From: Ignavibacteriales bacterium
GTDB lineage: Bacteria; Bacteroidota; Ignavibacteria; UBA10030; BY39
NCBI GenBank assembly: GCA_037443685.1
Contig: JBBINX010000006.1
Coordinates: 1 to 61,116 of the forward strand
Direction: 5' to 3'
DNA: 61,116 bases
The notes beneath the pieces are model-generated. The model had not been told where the DNA came from. It did no database searches and saw only the letters and a program-made list of their open reading frames with translations. Made by a program: the position numbers and the translations under genes. Every line of letters starts with the position of its first letter. Position 1 is the stretch's first letter. Positions 1-9,379 of the stretch are shown here, piece after piece.

Positions 1-2
1 AT

Positions 3-1196
3 GGAAATGAAAACCTCCCGAAGATTATCAACTCTTTGGTTACTCAGCCTTCGGGAAATTCGGCAAGAACCGTTCCCGAGCTCGATTACAGAATTTGTCG
101 CAGACGCGAAGGCATTGTACCGGCAACACTCCGCGCAGTTGTGGAAAAACGCTCTTACTACAAACATAAAAAACAACAGTTAAAACGTGATGACAACCCG
201 CTATGGCAGGTTTACGATAACCGCCAGTCGGCGTTAAAGTGGATGCTTGTAACTTGCTTCGGATATTTGGGTTATAAGAATGCCCGCTTCGGCAAAATTG
301 AAGCTCACGAGTCGGTGAATGCTTTTTCGCGCGATGCAATTTTACAGGCGAAGGAGATTGCCGAAAGCCACGGCTTCAAACTTCTGCACGCAATCATTGA
401 TTGTATGTGGCTAAAAAAAGCGGGAGCTACAGAAAACGATTACATAGATTTGTGTAAAGAGATAGAGTTAGAAGTTGGTATCGATATTTCGCTCGAAGGA
501 ATTTACAACTGGATACTTTTTCCCGCATCGAAGATGGATGCAAAACTTCCAACTGCTAACAGATATGTTGGATCTTACAAAAGCGGTGAAGTAAAAATTC
601 GTGGTATAGAAACTCGCAGAAAAGATACGCCCAAGTTTATTAAGAATATGCAAGCAGCAATGTTGGAAAAATTATCGTCGGCACAATCGGTTGCTGAAGT
701 CGCTGCCCTAGTCCCTGAAGTTTTAGAAGTTGCAAAAGAATTTGTTATGCGACTTCAACGCGGAACCGTTAACCCGATGGAGCTTGTAATACGCCGCAAC
801 ATTTCGCAGGAGGCGAGCGAGTATTCCAACAACAGCGTTAATGCGGTAGTTACGCGTATGATTGAAGAATCGGGAGTTCACCTTGCGGCGGGCGAGAGAA
901 TAGAGTATATATTGATTGACCAATCGGGTAAGCGCAAACCGGAAAAAGCCAAACCGCTTTCGCTGTATGCTTTCGAAGACGGTTATGATATAAAAAAATA
1001 CACAGAGCTTGCGCTTAAAGCTGCCGAAACACTCCTCCTTCCGTTTGGGTGGGATGTGGAAAGGTTGAAGGAGAAATTTGATGAAAAATATAAGTTTTGT
1101 GATAATAAAACTAAAAAAATAAAAAAAAAGATAGGAAAAGATAATGAGCCAGTTACTTCGGCGAATTTCCATAGATCCCAATATTTGTTTTGGTAA
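3..1196 (+). CDS. Family B DNA polymerase-like protein, C-terminal part (5' end outside window); canonical catalytic motifs substituted
   Basis: Frame 3 is open from nt 3, so the ORF-track Met at 36 is internal. PolB landmarks occur in canonical order: ENLPKII (where SLYPSII of motif A sits), GIVPATLRAVVEKR, RQSALKWMLVTCFGYLGY (motif B position), LLHAIIDCMWL (motif C / YGDTDS position), ANRYVG (KKRY position), RGIETRRKD. The last ~17 codons run through a DUF433 gene fragment in another frame. Confidence 0.75.
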   Translation, partial: GNENLPKIINSLVTQPSGNSARTVPELDYRICRRREGIVPATLRAVVEKRSYYKHKKQQLKRDDNPLWQVYDNRQSALKWMLVTCFGYLGYKNARFGKIEAHESVNAFSRDAILQAKEIAESHGFKLLHAIIDCMWLKKAGATENDYIDLCKEIELEVGIDISLEGIYNWILFPASKMDAKLPTANRYVGSYKSGEVKIRGIETRRKDTPKFIKNMQAAMLEKLSSAQSVAEVAALVPEVLEVAKEFVMRLQRGTVNPMELVIRRNISQEASEYSNNSVNAVVTRMIEESGVHLAAGERIEYILIDQSGKRKPEKAKPLSLYAFEDGYDIKKYTELALKAAETLLLPFGWDVERLKEKFDEKYKFCDNKTKKIKKKIGKDNEPVTSANFHRSQYLFW

Positions 1197-1218
1197 ACCC
1201 TTAATTGGGAATGCGTAA
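1144..1218 (+). pseudogene. DUF433-like gene fragment (N-terminal 24 codons only)
   Basis: ATG at 1144 gives MSQLLRRISIDPNICFGKPLIGNA then TAA. ISIDPNICFGKP matches the start of the DUF433 core as I remember it (I..DP.I..GKP.I.GTR). The rest of the domain is missing. Confidence 0.45.
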
Positions 1219-1550
1219 CCAAGAACTTTTTTGTGCTGCTGGATATGAAGTAAATACTGTTCAAGAGGGAGGTTTTCAGGGAAGCTCCGATTAAAAATTA
1301 TTTAAAGTTTGTTATAGTGCAAAATATTGTTTAGTTACACTGGAGAGTGATTTTTCGAATCCAATTCATTCCCTATTGGATTAATTAAGTGGAATTGTTG
1401 TTATACGTGTTTTCCCGAAATCCAAGTCTTGAACTTTTAAAAAATTTAATTGAGTCTTTTATCACGATGCTCCTTGATATTCGTTTGGGAAAACAATTTT
1501 TAATTCTGCGGCCTAGAAAAATAAAAATATATCAACCGGAAAAAAATTGA
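1211..1550 (+). pseudogene. DUF5615 (PIN-like, Mut7-C type) gene remnant with in-frame stops and a frameshift
   Basis: Frame 2 reads MRNQELFCAAGYEVNTVQEGGFQGSSD*KLFKVCYSAKYCLVTLESDFSNPIHSLLD*LSGIVVIRVFPKSKS*, with stops at 1292, 1382 and 1430. Frame 3 then continues LLKNLIESFITMLLDIRLGKQFLILRPRKIKIYQPEKN*. The order of blocks (aGyeV.tV.e.g..g.sD / LVT.D.DF / GiivIR / final R.kI) follows DUF5615 proteins, which normally sit directly after a DUF433 gene. Confidence 0.5.
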
Positions 1551-1660
1551 AACTACTTCTATTTTTCGGCTTATCGAATTTAAACTCAGTATTTTTATCA
1601 TGCTCCTGCTTTTAATCAAATAAATGATTATCTTAATAAGAATTTAAAATTATATTATTA

Positions 1661-2731
1661 ATGAATACATTAAATATTGGCAATTTGAGCATTCCTCTTC
1701 CACTTATACAGGGCGGAATGGGAGTGGGAATTTCCCTTTCTGGACTTGCAGCAGCCGTAGCTAACGAAGGCGGTATAGGTGTTATTTCAAGTGCTGGTTT
1801 GGGACTTTTATACAAAAAATTTTCTAACAATTTTTTAGAAGCAAGCATATTAGGACTAAAAGAAGAGCTACGAAAAGCCCGTGAAAAAACATCCGGTGTT
1901 ATTGGTGTAAATATTATGGTCGCGATGTCGAACTTTACCGATATGGTAAAAACAGCTATATCCGAAAAAGCAGATATTATTTTTGCCGGAGCTGGACTTC
2001 CGCTCGATTTACCAAGCTTCCTGAAGAAAGACAGCGTTACAAAATTAGCTCCGATTGTCTCGTCGGGACGGGCAGCAAAAATTATTTGTGAGAAATGGAA
2101 AAAAAATTATGACTACCTTCCCGATGCAATTGTGGTAGAGGGACCGAAAGCGGGCGGACATTTAGGATTTAAACTTGAACAGATAGACGATGAAAATTAT
2201 GCACTCGAAAAATTAATTCCTGAGGTAGTGAAAGAAGTTAAACAATTTGAAGAAATGTACAATCAGCAGATACCGGTAATAGCAGCAGGTGGAATTTATA
2301 CTGGCGAAGATATATACAACATTATGCAATTAGGTGCTTCAGGTGTTCAGATGGGAACACGTTTTGTAACTACCGAAGAATGCGATGCCTCGAAAGAGTT
2401 TAAGCAATCTTATATCGACGCTCGTCGCGAGGATATTGAAATCATTAATAGTCCTGTGGGAATGCCGGGGCGAGCTCTTGGCAGCAGTTTTCTTGAGAAA
2501 GTTAAAGAAGGAAAACGTATTCCTTTACACTGTCCGTTTCAATGTATTAAGACTTGTGAAGTATCGAGCAGTCCATATTGTATAATCACTGCTTTGATAA
2601 ATGCATTAAAAGGGAATTTCGAGAAAGGTTATGCCTTCTGCGGATCGAACGCCTTCAAGGCAAGACAAATTACTACAGTGAGGGAGCTTATACAAAATCT
2701 AATTGATGAGTTTAAAGCTCATGTGAAGTAA
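1661..2731 (+). CDS. Nitronate monooxygenase family (NMO / 2-nitropropane dioxygenase, FabK-like) flavin oxidoreductase
   Basis: 356 aa. N-terminal PLIQGGMGVGIS..LAAAVANEGGIGVISS and later VVEGPKAGGHLG, IAAGGI, VQMGTRF are typical of the NMO TIM-barrel family. Confidence 0.85.
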   Translation: MNTLNIGNLSIPLPLIQGGMGVGISLSGLAAAVANEGGIGVISSAGLGLLYKKFSNNFLEASILGLKEELRKAREKTSGVIGVNIMVAMSNFTDMVKTAISEKADIIFAGAGLPLDLPSFLKKDSVTKLAPIVSSGRAAKIICEKWKKNYDYLPDAIVVEGPKAGGHLGFKLEQIDDENYALEKLIPEVVKEVKQFEEMYNQQIPVIAAGGIYTGEDIYNIMQLGASGVQMGTRFVTTEECDASKEFKQSYIDARREDIEIINSPVGMPGRALGSSFLEKVKEGKRIPLHCPFQCIKTCEVSSSPYCIITALINALKGNFEKGYAFCGSNAFKARQITTVRELIQNLIDEFKAHVK

Positions 2732-2837
2732 ACTCTAAATTCCCCGGAAGGAATCTCATCCTATTCCCGAAGGGACTCTCGTCTCATCGGGACGCAGAAA
2801 AATCTGAATTCGCCAGAGGTAAATTAAACAAATTCAA

Positions 2838-2868
2838 ATTTTATAAAAAATCCAAAACGTTCGGATTT
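2838..2868 (-). terminator. Rho-independent terminator downstream of the PEBP-family gene
   Basis: Minus strand reads AAAUCCGAA-CGU-UUUGGAUUU (9 bp stem including one G-U pair) followed by UUUAUAAAAUUU. It starts 6 nt after the stop codon. Confidence 0.6.
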
Positions 2869-2873
2869 AGGAT

Positions 2874-3362
2874 TTACCTTTCAAATACGCCGATAATTTT
2901 GGCAGCTGCGATTACTTTCCCTTCAATCGCTTTCTGAAATGTTTTAAGCGATGTATGTTTATCGAGCTCGAGTTTTTCAATACTCAAAGCATATATACTA
3001 ACTTCGTATTTATGAGGTCCTGAACCTGTCGGTGGTTGTGGTCCACCATAACCGTTCCAACCGAATGTATTGTAAATTTCTTTTGAACCATGAGGCATTT
3101 TGTTAGTTAAAGATGCTCCTTCTTCAATCGTGTTTACCTGCCTAGGAATATTAATAACCATCCAGTGAACCCAGTTATTTGCAATCGGATGAAGGTCGAT
3201 TATTGTTAAAGCAAATGAATTTGTTCCGGTTGGTACATTTTCCCATGATAATGGAATGGATATATTTTTACCACCTATAACCCCGGTAGTTGCATATTTT
3301 GTAGGTATTACTTTACCATTTTCAAATGCTTTTGAATTAAGTTTGAATTTATTGATGTTCAT
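2874..3362 (-). CDS. YbhB/YbcL family Raf-kinase-inhibitor-like (PEBP) protein
   Basis: GGPQPPTGSGPHKYEVSIYAL and NNWVHW motifs of bacterial PEBP proteins. Start moved to the MNINKFKL Met (cat at 3360-3362) rather than the ORF-track Met at 3392. Confidence 0.85.
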   Translation of the reverse strand: MNINKFKLNSKAFENGKVIPTKYATTGVIGGKNISIPLSWENVPTGTNSFALTIIDLHPIANNWVHWMVINIPRQVNTIEEGASLTNKMPHGSKEIYNTFGWNGYGGPQPPTGSGPHKYEVSIYALSIEKLELDKHTSLKTFQKAIEGKVIAAAKIIGVFER

Positions 3363-3441
3363 ATTGAACCCTATAAATAAAAAAATGCACAAAAATTTTA
3401 CATAAAGTAAAATCTGAGTGCATAATTGAATGTATTAATAA

Positions 3442-3786
3442 TTATTTTTTTCTAAATGACGCTAATGACCGCTCAACCGTTTCGTGTGTATCGAATACTT
3501 TTATTAACTGCGTAATCACAAAAATAGATTTTACTTTTTTCCCGATTCGAGCAAGTTTCAAATCTCCTTTAGCATTGCGTAAAGATGTTAGCACTGATAT
3601 CAAGCATCCCAATCCTGCGCTGTTCACATATGCGACATCGCCCAAATCAATGATAACCTTGTTGATGTCCTCAGCAATTAAGCTGTATATTTTATCTCTG
3701 ACTTTAGTAGTTTCAGGTTCTCCGATGAGATCCCCAGAAAACGTAAGGACAGCTACATCTTCGATAATTTTTTCTTTAATTCTCAT
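3442..3786 (-). CDS. STAS-domain anti-sigma factor antagonist (SpoIIAA-like)
   Basis: 114 aa. LTFSGDL....IIDLGDVAYVNSAGLGCLISV.....GDLKLA pattern of SpoIIAA/RsbV-type STAS proteins. Confidence 0.8.
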   Translation of the reverse strand: MRIKEKIIEDVAVLTFSGDLIGEPETTKVRDKIYSLIAEDINKVIIDLGDVAYVNSAGLGCLISVLTSLRNAKGDLKLARIGKKVKSIFVITQLIKVFDTHETVERSLASFRKK

Positions 3787-4015
3787 TTTTACCCTTCTTG
3801 GATGTTTATTTTCGGTTAATCTTAAGTAAATATTTAGATAAAATCAAGTTAGTGCATTATAAAACAGCTATTTTTGATTTTCTTGCACAATTAATTAGGC
3901 ATTGGTTAAATATTAATCCGTGTAACTTATTTAAATAAATAGAGTTAGTATTTATATATTTTGTTTTCTCAGATAGCATTGTTAAATTATAACAATAAAA
4001 CTAAGAAGAATTAAA

Positions 4016-5191
4016 ATGATTAAAGAAAAAATAACTCAAGCTATTGAAATATTAAAAGAAAAAAACATCGATATGTGGTTGACATTTGTGCGAGAAAGCT
4101 CTACAATTCCAGACCCAGCTATCGAGGTTGTAGTCGGAACGAACTGTACTTGGCAAACAGCTTATATTATTACAGCAACTGGTGAAACTATTGCTATTGC
4201 TGGAAGTTTGGATGTAGCAAATCTAAAATCAAAAGGATACTATCGAGAGATTATCGGTTACGTGCAGTCTATCGAAGAACCACTCTTAGAATTATTGAAA
4301 CGGATTAATCCGAAAACCATTGCAATAAATTATTCTACCGACACAGTTATCGCCGACGGTTTGACACACGGGATGTGGTTGCAGTTGATGAGTTATTTTG
4401 AAGGAACACCTTTTAAAGAAAGGATTGTTTCAGCCGAACCGATAATATCTGCACTAAGAGGAAGAAAATCCTTAACCGAATTAAAATTAATTAAAGTTGC
4501 TATAAAGGAAACATTGAAAATTTTCGATAAAGTTACAAAATTTATAAAGCCGGGAAAGACCGAGATAGATGTTGCCAACTTTATTTTGAAAGAAGTAAAA
4601 TATTTAGGCGTTGAAACTGCATGGGATAAAGAGTATTGTCCTTCGGTTTTTACTGGGCCGGAATCAGCTGGCGCGCATGCAGGACCAACAAAAAGAAAAA
4701 TTGAAGGCGGACATATCTTGAATATCGATTTTGGTATAAAATGGCGAGGGTACTGTTCCGATTTACAACGCACTTGGTATATAAAAAGAAAAGGTGAAAA
4801 AACTCATCCGAAGGAAGTTGCCCAGGGATTTAATACAATAATAGAAGCTATACAGCTTGCTGCAAATAAACTAAAACCAGGCGTTCAAGGATGTGAGGTT
4901 GACGGTGCTGCACGCAGTCATATTATATCCAAAGGTTATGCTGAATATCCTCACGGACTCGGTCATCAGATTGGGCGTGTTGCTCACGATGGAGGAGGTG
5001 GACTTTTCCCGCGGTGGGACCGCTATGGAACCCTTCCTTTTAAACAGGTCGAGGAGGGACAGGTATATACACTCGAACCGCGACTGACCGTAGAGGGACA
5101 CGGTATAGCAACAGTCGAAGAAATGGTTGTAGTAACCAATGATGGGTGTGAATTTTTATCGAAACCGCAGAAAAAAATATATATTGTATAG
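4016..5191 (+). CDS. M24 family metallopeptidase (Xaa-Pro aminopeptidase-like)
   Basis: 391 aa. Creatinase-like N-domain followed by the pita-bread fold. Metal-ligand blocks IDFG..W.GYCSDLQRT, HGLGHQIG..HD, YTLEP. Confidence 0.85.
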   Translation: MIKEKITQAIEILKEKNIDMWLTFVRESSTIPDPAIEVVVGTNCTWQTAYIITATGETIAIAGSLDVANLKSKGYYREIIGYVQSIEEPLLELLKRINPKTIAINYSTDTVIADGLTHGMWLQLMSYFEGTPFKERIVSAEPIISALRGRKSLTELKLIKVAIKETLKIFDKVTKFIKPGKTEIDVANFILKEVKYLGVETAWDKEYCPSVFTGPESAGAHAGPTKRKIEGGHILNIDFGIKWRGYCSDLQRTWYIKRKGEKTHPKEVAQGFNTIIEAIQLAANKLKPGVQGCEVDGAARSHIISKGYAEYPHGLGHQIGRVAHDGGGGLFPRWDRYGTLPFKQVEEGQVYTLEPRLTVEGHGIATVEEMVVVTNDGCEFLSKPQKKIYIV

Positions 5192-5251
5192 TAGTCTTGA
5201 TTCTAACTATCATTTTATTTATCTTTTAGTGGTTAAATTTTAGGAAAATCA

Positions 5252-5923
5252 ATGTTATCACTCATCTATGTTATATTTTTAAGTTATTTGGTAGGTTCTA
5301 TACCAACGAGCATAATTGTTGCAAAGATCGTGAAAGGGATAGATATTCGTCAACACGGGAGTGGTAATGCTGGTGGTACGAACGTAATAAGAGTTTTAGG
5401 GTTAAAAGAAGGAATCTTTGTAATACTTTTCGATATCTTCAAGGGTTTTTTAGCGACCGTCTTTATCGCCAAACTAATGTATTCGCCGTTCCCATTTAGA
5501 AACCTAACTCCATTGGAAGATTTTACTATCGTCCAGATTTTAGCTGGAATTGCTGCGATTATCGGACATATATGGACTGTATTCGGAGGTTTCAAAGGAG
5601 GCAAAGGTATAGCGACTACAGCGGGTATGTTAATTGGTCTCGCTCCCATAGATATATTGATAACCATTGGAGTTTTTACTTTAGTATTCATAATCTCTCG
5701 ATACGTTTCCTTAGGTTCGATAAGCGCCGCAGTTGCATTTCCATTTACATTGTTCTTCAGAGAAAATATTTTAAAAGCAGAAGTTGAAGGATATGGCACC
5801 TTGATCTTTTTCTCGATTGGAATTGCACTACTTTTGATTTTTACTCATCGTGCAAACATTAAACGCCTCATCGAAGGTAGGGAACATAAGATTACAAGTT
5901 TAAAATTATTTAAAAGGAAATGA
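5252..5923 (+). CDS. plsY: Glycerol-3-phosphate acyltransferase PlsY
   Basis: 223 aa multi-pass membrane protein with GSGNAGGTNV and FKGGKGIAT motifs. Its stop overlaps the gpsA start (ATGA at 5920). Confidence 0.92.
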   Translation: MLSLIYVIFLSYLVGSIPTSIIVAKIVKGIDIRQHGSGNAGGTNVIRVLGLKEGIFVILFDIFKGFLATVFIAKLMYSPFPFRNLTPLEDFTIVQILAGIAAIIGHIWTVFGGFKGGKGIATTAGMLIGLAPIDILITIGVFTLVFIISRYVSLGSISAAVAFPFTLFFRENILKAEVEGYGTLIFFSIGIALLLIFTHRANIKRLIEGREHKITSLKLFKRK

Positions 5924-6918
5924 AAGTTACAGTCATTGGCGCTGGAAGCTGGGGCACGACTCTCGCTCTACTTTTATTTTCGAACCGGCACGATGTTATA
6001 TTATGGTCGTATAGGAAAGAAGACCTTGATAATATAATAAATAAAAGGGAGAACACTGTTTTTCTACCGGGTATAAAGATACCCGACAAATTAACCGTAA
6101 CAAGTGATTTAGAAGAGGCTACTCACAATGCCGATATAATTGTAACAGCCGTTCCCTCGCAGCATTTGCGTTCAGTACTGAAACAAATATCACATCTTAA
6201 CACGCAAAAAGTTATCGTAGTCAACGTTGCCAAAGGAATCGAGAACGATACTTTAATGACGATGTCGGAAGTAATTGCTGAAGTTTTTAGGAGTCATCCC
6301 CCCGTAAAGAGTGTGATACTTTCGGGACCGAGTTTCGCAGAAGAAGTCAGCCAAAAAATACCAACGGCAGTTGTAGTTGCTTCTAACGATATAGAAACGG
6401 CAAAATTCATTCAAAGAATTTTTCTTACTCCTTACTTCAGAGTATATGTATCGGGTGACGTGCGTGGGGTTGAATTAGGTGGTTCGTTAAAAAATGTAAT
6501 TGCAATCGGAGCTGGTTTATGTGACGGCGCCGGTTATGGTGATAACACAAAAGCAGCAATAATGACTCGCGGTATCGTTGAAATTGCACGTCTCGGAACA
6601 GAGATGAATGCAAACCCGAAAACCTTTTCCGGACTTTCGGGAATCGGTGATTTGATCGCAACGTGCATGAGCAAGCATAGTCGTAATCGATATGTCGGTG
6701 AAGAAATTGGTAAAGGTCATAAACTTTCTGATGTTTTAAGTAAAATGGTGATGGTTGCTGAGGGCATTCAAACCACTATATCAGCTTGGCATCTTGCAAA
6801 AAAACTCAACGTCGAGGTTCCAATTATCAATGAAGTTTACAATGTACTTTTCAATGGTAAAGACCCGCACGATGCAACTATGGATTTGATGACGCGCGAC
6901 CCCAAAGGTGAGTTGTAA
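5920..6918 (+). CDS. gpsA: NAD(P)H-dependent glycerol-3-phosphate dehydrogenase
   Basis: MKVTVIGAGSWGTTLA Rossmann start, NVAKGIE, SGPSFAEEV, GSLKNVIAIGAG. Classical plsY-gpsA pairing. Confidence 0.92.
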   Translation: MKVTVIGAGSWGTTLALLLFSNRHDVILWSYRKEDLDNIINKRENTVFLPGIKIPDKLTVTSDLEEATHNADIIVTAVPSQHLRSVLKQISHLNTQKVIVVNVAKGIENDTLMTMSEVIAEVFRSHPPVKSVILSGPSFAEEVSQKIPTAVVVASNDIETAKFIQRIFLTPYFRVYVSGDVRGVELGGSLKNVIAIGAGLCDGAGYGDNTKAAIMTRGIVEIARLGTEMNANPKTFSGLSGIGDLIATCMSKHSRNRYVGEEIGKGHKLSDVLSKMVMVAEGIQTTISAWHLAKKLNVEVPIINEVYNVLFNGKDPHDATMDLMTRDPKGEL

Positions 6919-6956
6919 TTTTATTTATCCAATACTCAAACTCCGGCTAACGGTAA

Positions 6957-9194
6957 ATGGTAAAATTATCACACGTAGCAACTGATATCAATACACCTGT
7001 TCAATTTATTAAAGGAATCGGACCTCGGCGCGCTGAAATTTTTGCTCGACACGGTATCAAAACAGTTCGCGATATTCTTTATTATTTCCCATTCGATTAT
7101 CTAAATCTAACTGAAATATCATCAATAGGTTCCCTCCGCAGATTAGCAGATACGAATAAATTAGTATCTGTGATAGGAAAAGTGAAAGCGATTGATATCG
7201 TAGGAAGACCACCTCGAAGACGATGTGTTATTATTATCGGCGACAAATCGGGCACACTACCATTAGTATTTTTTCAAAATATTAATTACTTCAAATCGGC
7301 TTTTCAGTTAGAGGAAACTATTGCAGTCTCTGGCAAAATAAACAACTATATGAATCGTGTTCAGATTGTGCATCCACGAATTGACCGTGTAGATGTCAAC
7401 GAAGGAAACGATATAACGGGTTTCTTACACACAAAAGGTTTGATACCTAAATATTCATCTAATGAAGACTTCAGATTAGCGAGAATTACTGATACGGTTT
7501 TTCGTAAGATTATGAAGAACGTTGTTGAACAATATGCACAGTCAGTTGAAGAGATACTCCCAGAGAAAATTTTAGTTAACAATAATTTAGTTACATTAGC
7601 AAAAGCATTGCACGATGTTCATTTCCCTTTATCTGACACCGAAAAAGATACTGCTCGTCAAAGGTTAAAGTTTGACGAATGGTTCTTTTTTCAACTTTTA
7701 CAGGCATACAGAAAGAAAAAAAATAAAGTTGACCTCCCTGGTATTCCATTTAAAATAGAGAGCAAGTTAGCTCGCCGTTTGGTTGATTCGCTGCCATTTA
7801 AATTGACTAAAGCTCAAATTCGTGTAATCAAAGAAATTACGACCGATATGCATCAACCCAAACCAATGAACCGGCTGCTTCAAGGCGACGTTGGTAGTGG
7901 AAAAACTATCGTTGCCATCATCGCTATGCTCATTGCGATCGAAAACAATTATCAGGTAGCGTTCATGGCTCCTACAGAAATTTTAGCCGAGCAGCATCAC
8001 AAAACACTCATTAAATTCTTAGGAAACTTACCAGTAAACGTACGGTTACTCATCGGTGGACAGCGAAGAGCTTTACGTCAAGATATTTTGGAAGATATCA
8101 AACGAGGAACCGTAAATATCATAGTCGGTACACACGCACTGACCCAGGAAAAAGTTGAATTTGCAAACGTTGGATTGGTCATAATTGACGAACAGCACCG
8201 ATTTGGTGTTGCACAAAGAGCCGAATTGATGCGCAAAGGAAAAGAAAGCATTAAAGTAACGCCCGATGTAATAGTTATGACAGCTACACCTATCCCACGT
8301 ACATTATCACTCACTGTTTATGGAGACTTAGACATTTCAGTAATAGACGAGATGCCTAAAGACAGGAAGAGCATTCGAACTCTCATCATACCCGAATCGA
8401 GCCCAGACAAACTTCATAGGATGATGCGGGAACATATACAAAGAGGAGAGCAAGTATATATTATATATCCGATCATCGAAGAATCAGAAAAGGTTGACCT
8501 GAAAGCGGCAGTAGAAAATTTTGAGATACTCAAAAACAAGATCTTCCCCGATTTTCGAGTTGCGCTTATCCATGGCCGTCTGTCGTCCGAAGAGAAAGAT
8601 AAAGTAATGGACGACTTTAAAAATAAGCGGATAGATATACTAGTATCTACGACCGTTATCGAAGTTGGTATCGACATACCGAATGCAACGCTGATGGTAA
8701 TCGAACATGCTGAAAGATTCGGGCTTTCACAGTTGCATCAACTGCGCGGTCGTGTAGGCAGGGGAGCAGACCAATCTTTTTGTGTATTAATCGTGCCAGA
8801 CTGGCTCGCACAGATAGCAGGGAGGCGATCACACACACAAGGAATTTTATACGGCGATAATAGTCAATTTTCCACAAATTTTAGCGATTTTGACCAGCAA
8901 AATGCTCTGACCAGAATTCTAACAATGCTCGAAACGTTAGATGGATTTAAAATTGCCGAAGTCGATTTGAAACTTAGAGGTCCGGGAGATTTCTTCGGTA
9001 CACGCCAGAGCGGTTTACCCGAATTGCATATTGCCAATGTGCTTGAAGACAGAAAAATAATTTTAGCTGCACGTAAGGAAGCTTTCCGTCTTGTCGATAG
9101 CGATCCGCATCTCAGGATAAAAGAAAATCAATGCGTCAGAAAATATTTTTACGATACGCTCAAAGATTCTTTAAACTTTTTTCAGGTCGGTTGA
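6957..9194 (+). CDS. recG: ATP-dependent DNA helicase RecG
   Basis: 745 aa. Wedge/OB N-domain, [15 protein letters not shown] (Walker A), [31 protein letters not shown]. Confidence 0.93.
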   Translation: MVKLSHVATDINTPVQFIKGIGPRRAEIFARHGIKTVRDILYYFPFDYLNLTEISSIGSLRRLADTNKLVSVIGKVKAIDIVGRPPRRRCVIIIGDKSGTLPLVFFQNINYFKSAFQLEETIAVSGKINNYMNRVQIVHPRIDRVDVNEGNDITGFLHTKGLIPKYSSNEDFRLARITDTVFRKIMKNVVEQYAQSVEEILPEKILVNNNLVTLAKALHDVHFPLSDTEKDTARQRLKFDEWFFFQLLQAYRKKKNKVDLPGIPFKIESKLARRLVDSLPFKLTKAQIRVIKEITTDMHQPKPMNRLLQGDVGSGKTIVAIIAMLIAIENNYQVAFMAPTEILAEQHHKTLIKFLGNLPVNVRLLIGGQRRALRQDILEDIKRGTVNIIVGTHALTQEKVEFANVGLVIIDEQHRFGVAQRAELMRKGKESIKVTPDVIVMTATPIPRTLSLTVYGDLDISVIDEMPKDRKSIRTLIIPESSPDKLHRMMREHIQRGEQVYIIYPIIEESEKVDLKAAVENFEILKNKIFPDFRVALIHGRLSSEEKDKVMDDFKNKRIDILVSTTVIEVGIDIPNATLMVIEHAERFGLSQLHQLRGRVGRGADQSFCVLIVPDWLAQIAGRRSHTQGILYGDNSQFSTNFSDFDQQNALTRILTMLETLDGFKIAEVDLKLRGPGDFFGTRQSGLPELHIANVLEDRKIILAARKEAFRLVDSDPHLRIKENQCVRKYFYDTLKDSLNFFQVG

Positions 9195-9274
9195 ACCTGT
9201 CCAATCATCATTTATCGAACACTTCACTTCCCAAAAAATATTTTCACTTTTTTTTTAAAAAATGCATTTTTTTC

Positions 9275-9302
9275 TTGACTTAAATTATAAATATTTTATA
9301 TT
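9275..9302 (+). promoter_or_regulatory. Possible sigma-70-like promoter of the ATP-grasp/GNAT/KamA operon
   Basis: TTGACT (9275-9280), a 16 nt spacer, then TATATT (9297-9302), about 80 nt upstream of the ATG at 9380. Pattern match only. Confidence 0.3.
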
Positions 9303-9379
9303 ACATACTGAGAATCAGATGATAACAAGTATGTATAACAATAAATGAGGATCTGACGAGTTATTTGATAAGTCTTCCG

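Noticed and set aside
1-183. 60-aa ORF in frame 1 at the window start
   Set aside because: It lies out of frame over the PolB-like reading frame. That frame is open from nt 3 and carries recognisable PolB blocks. This ORF has no family features.
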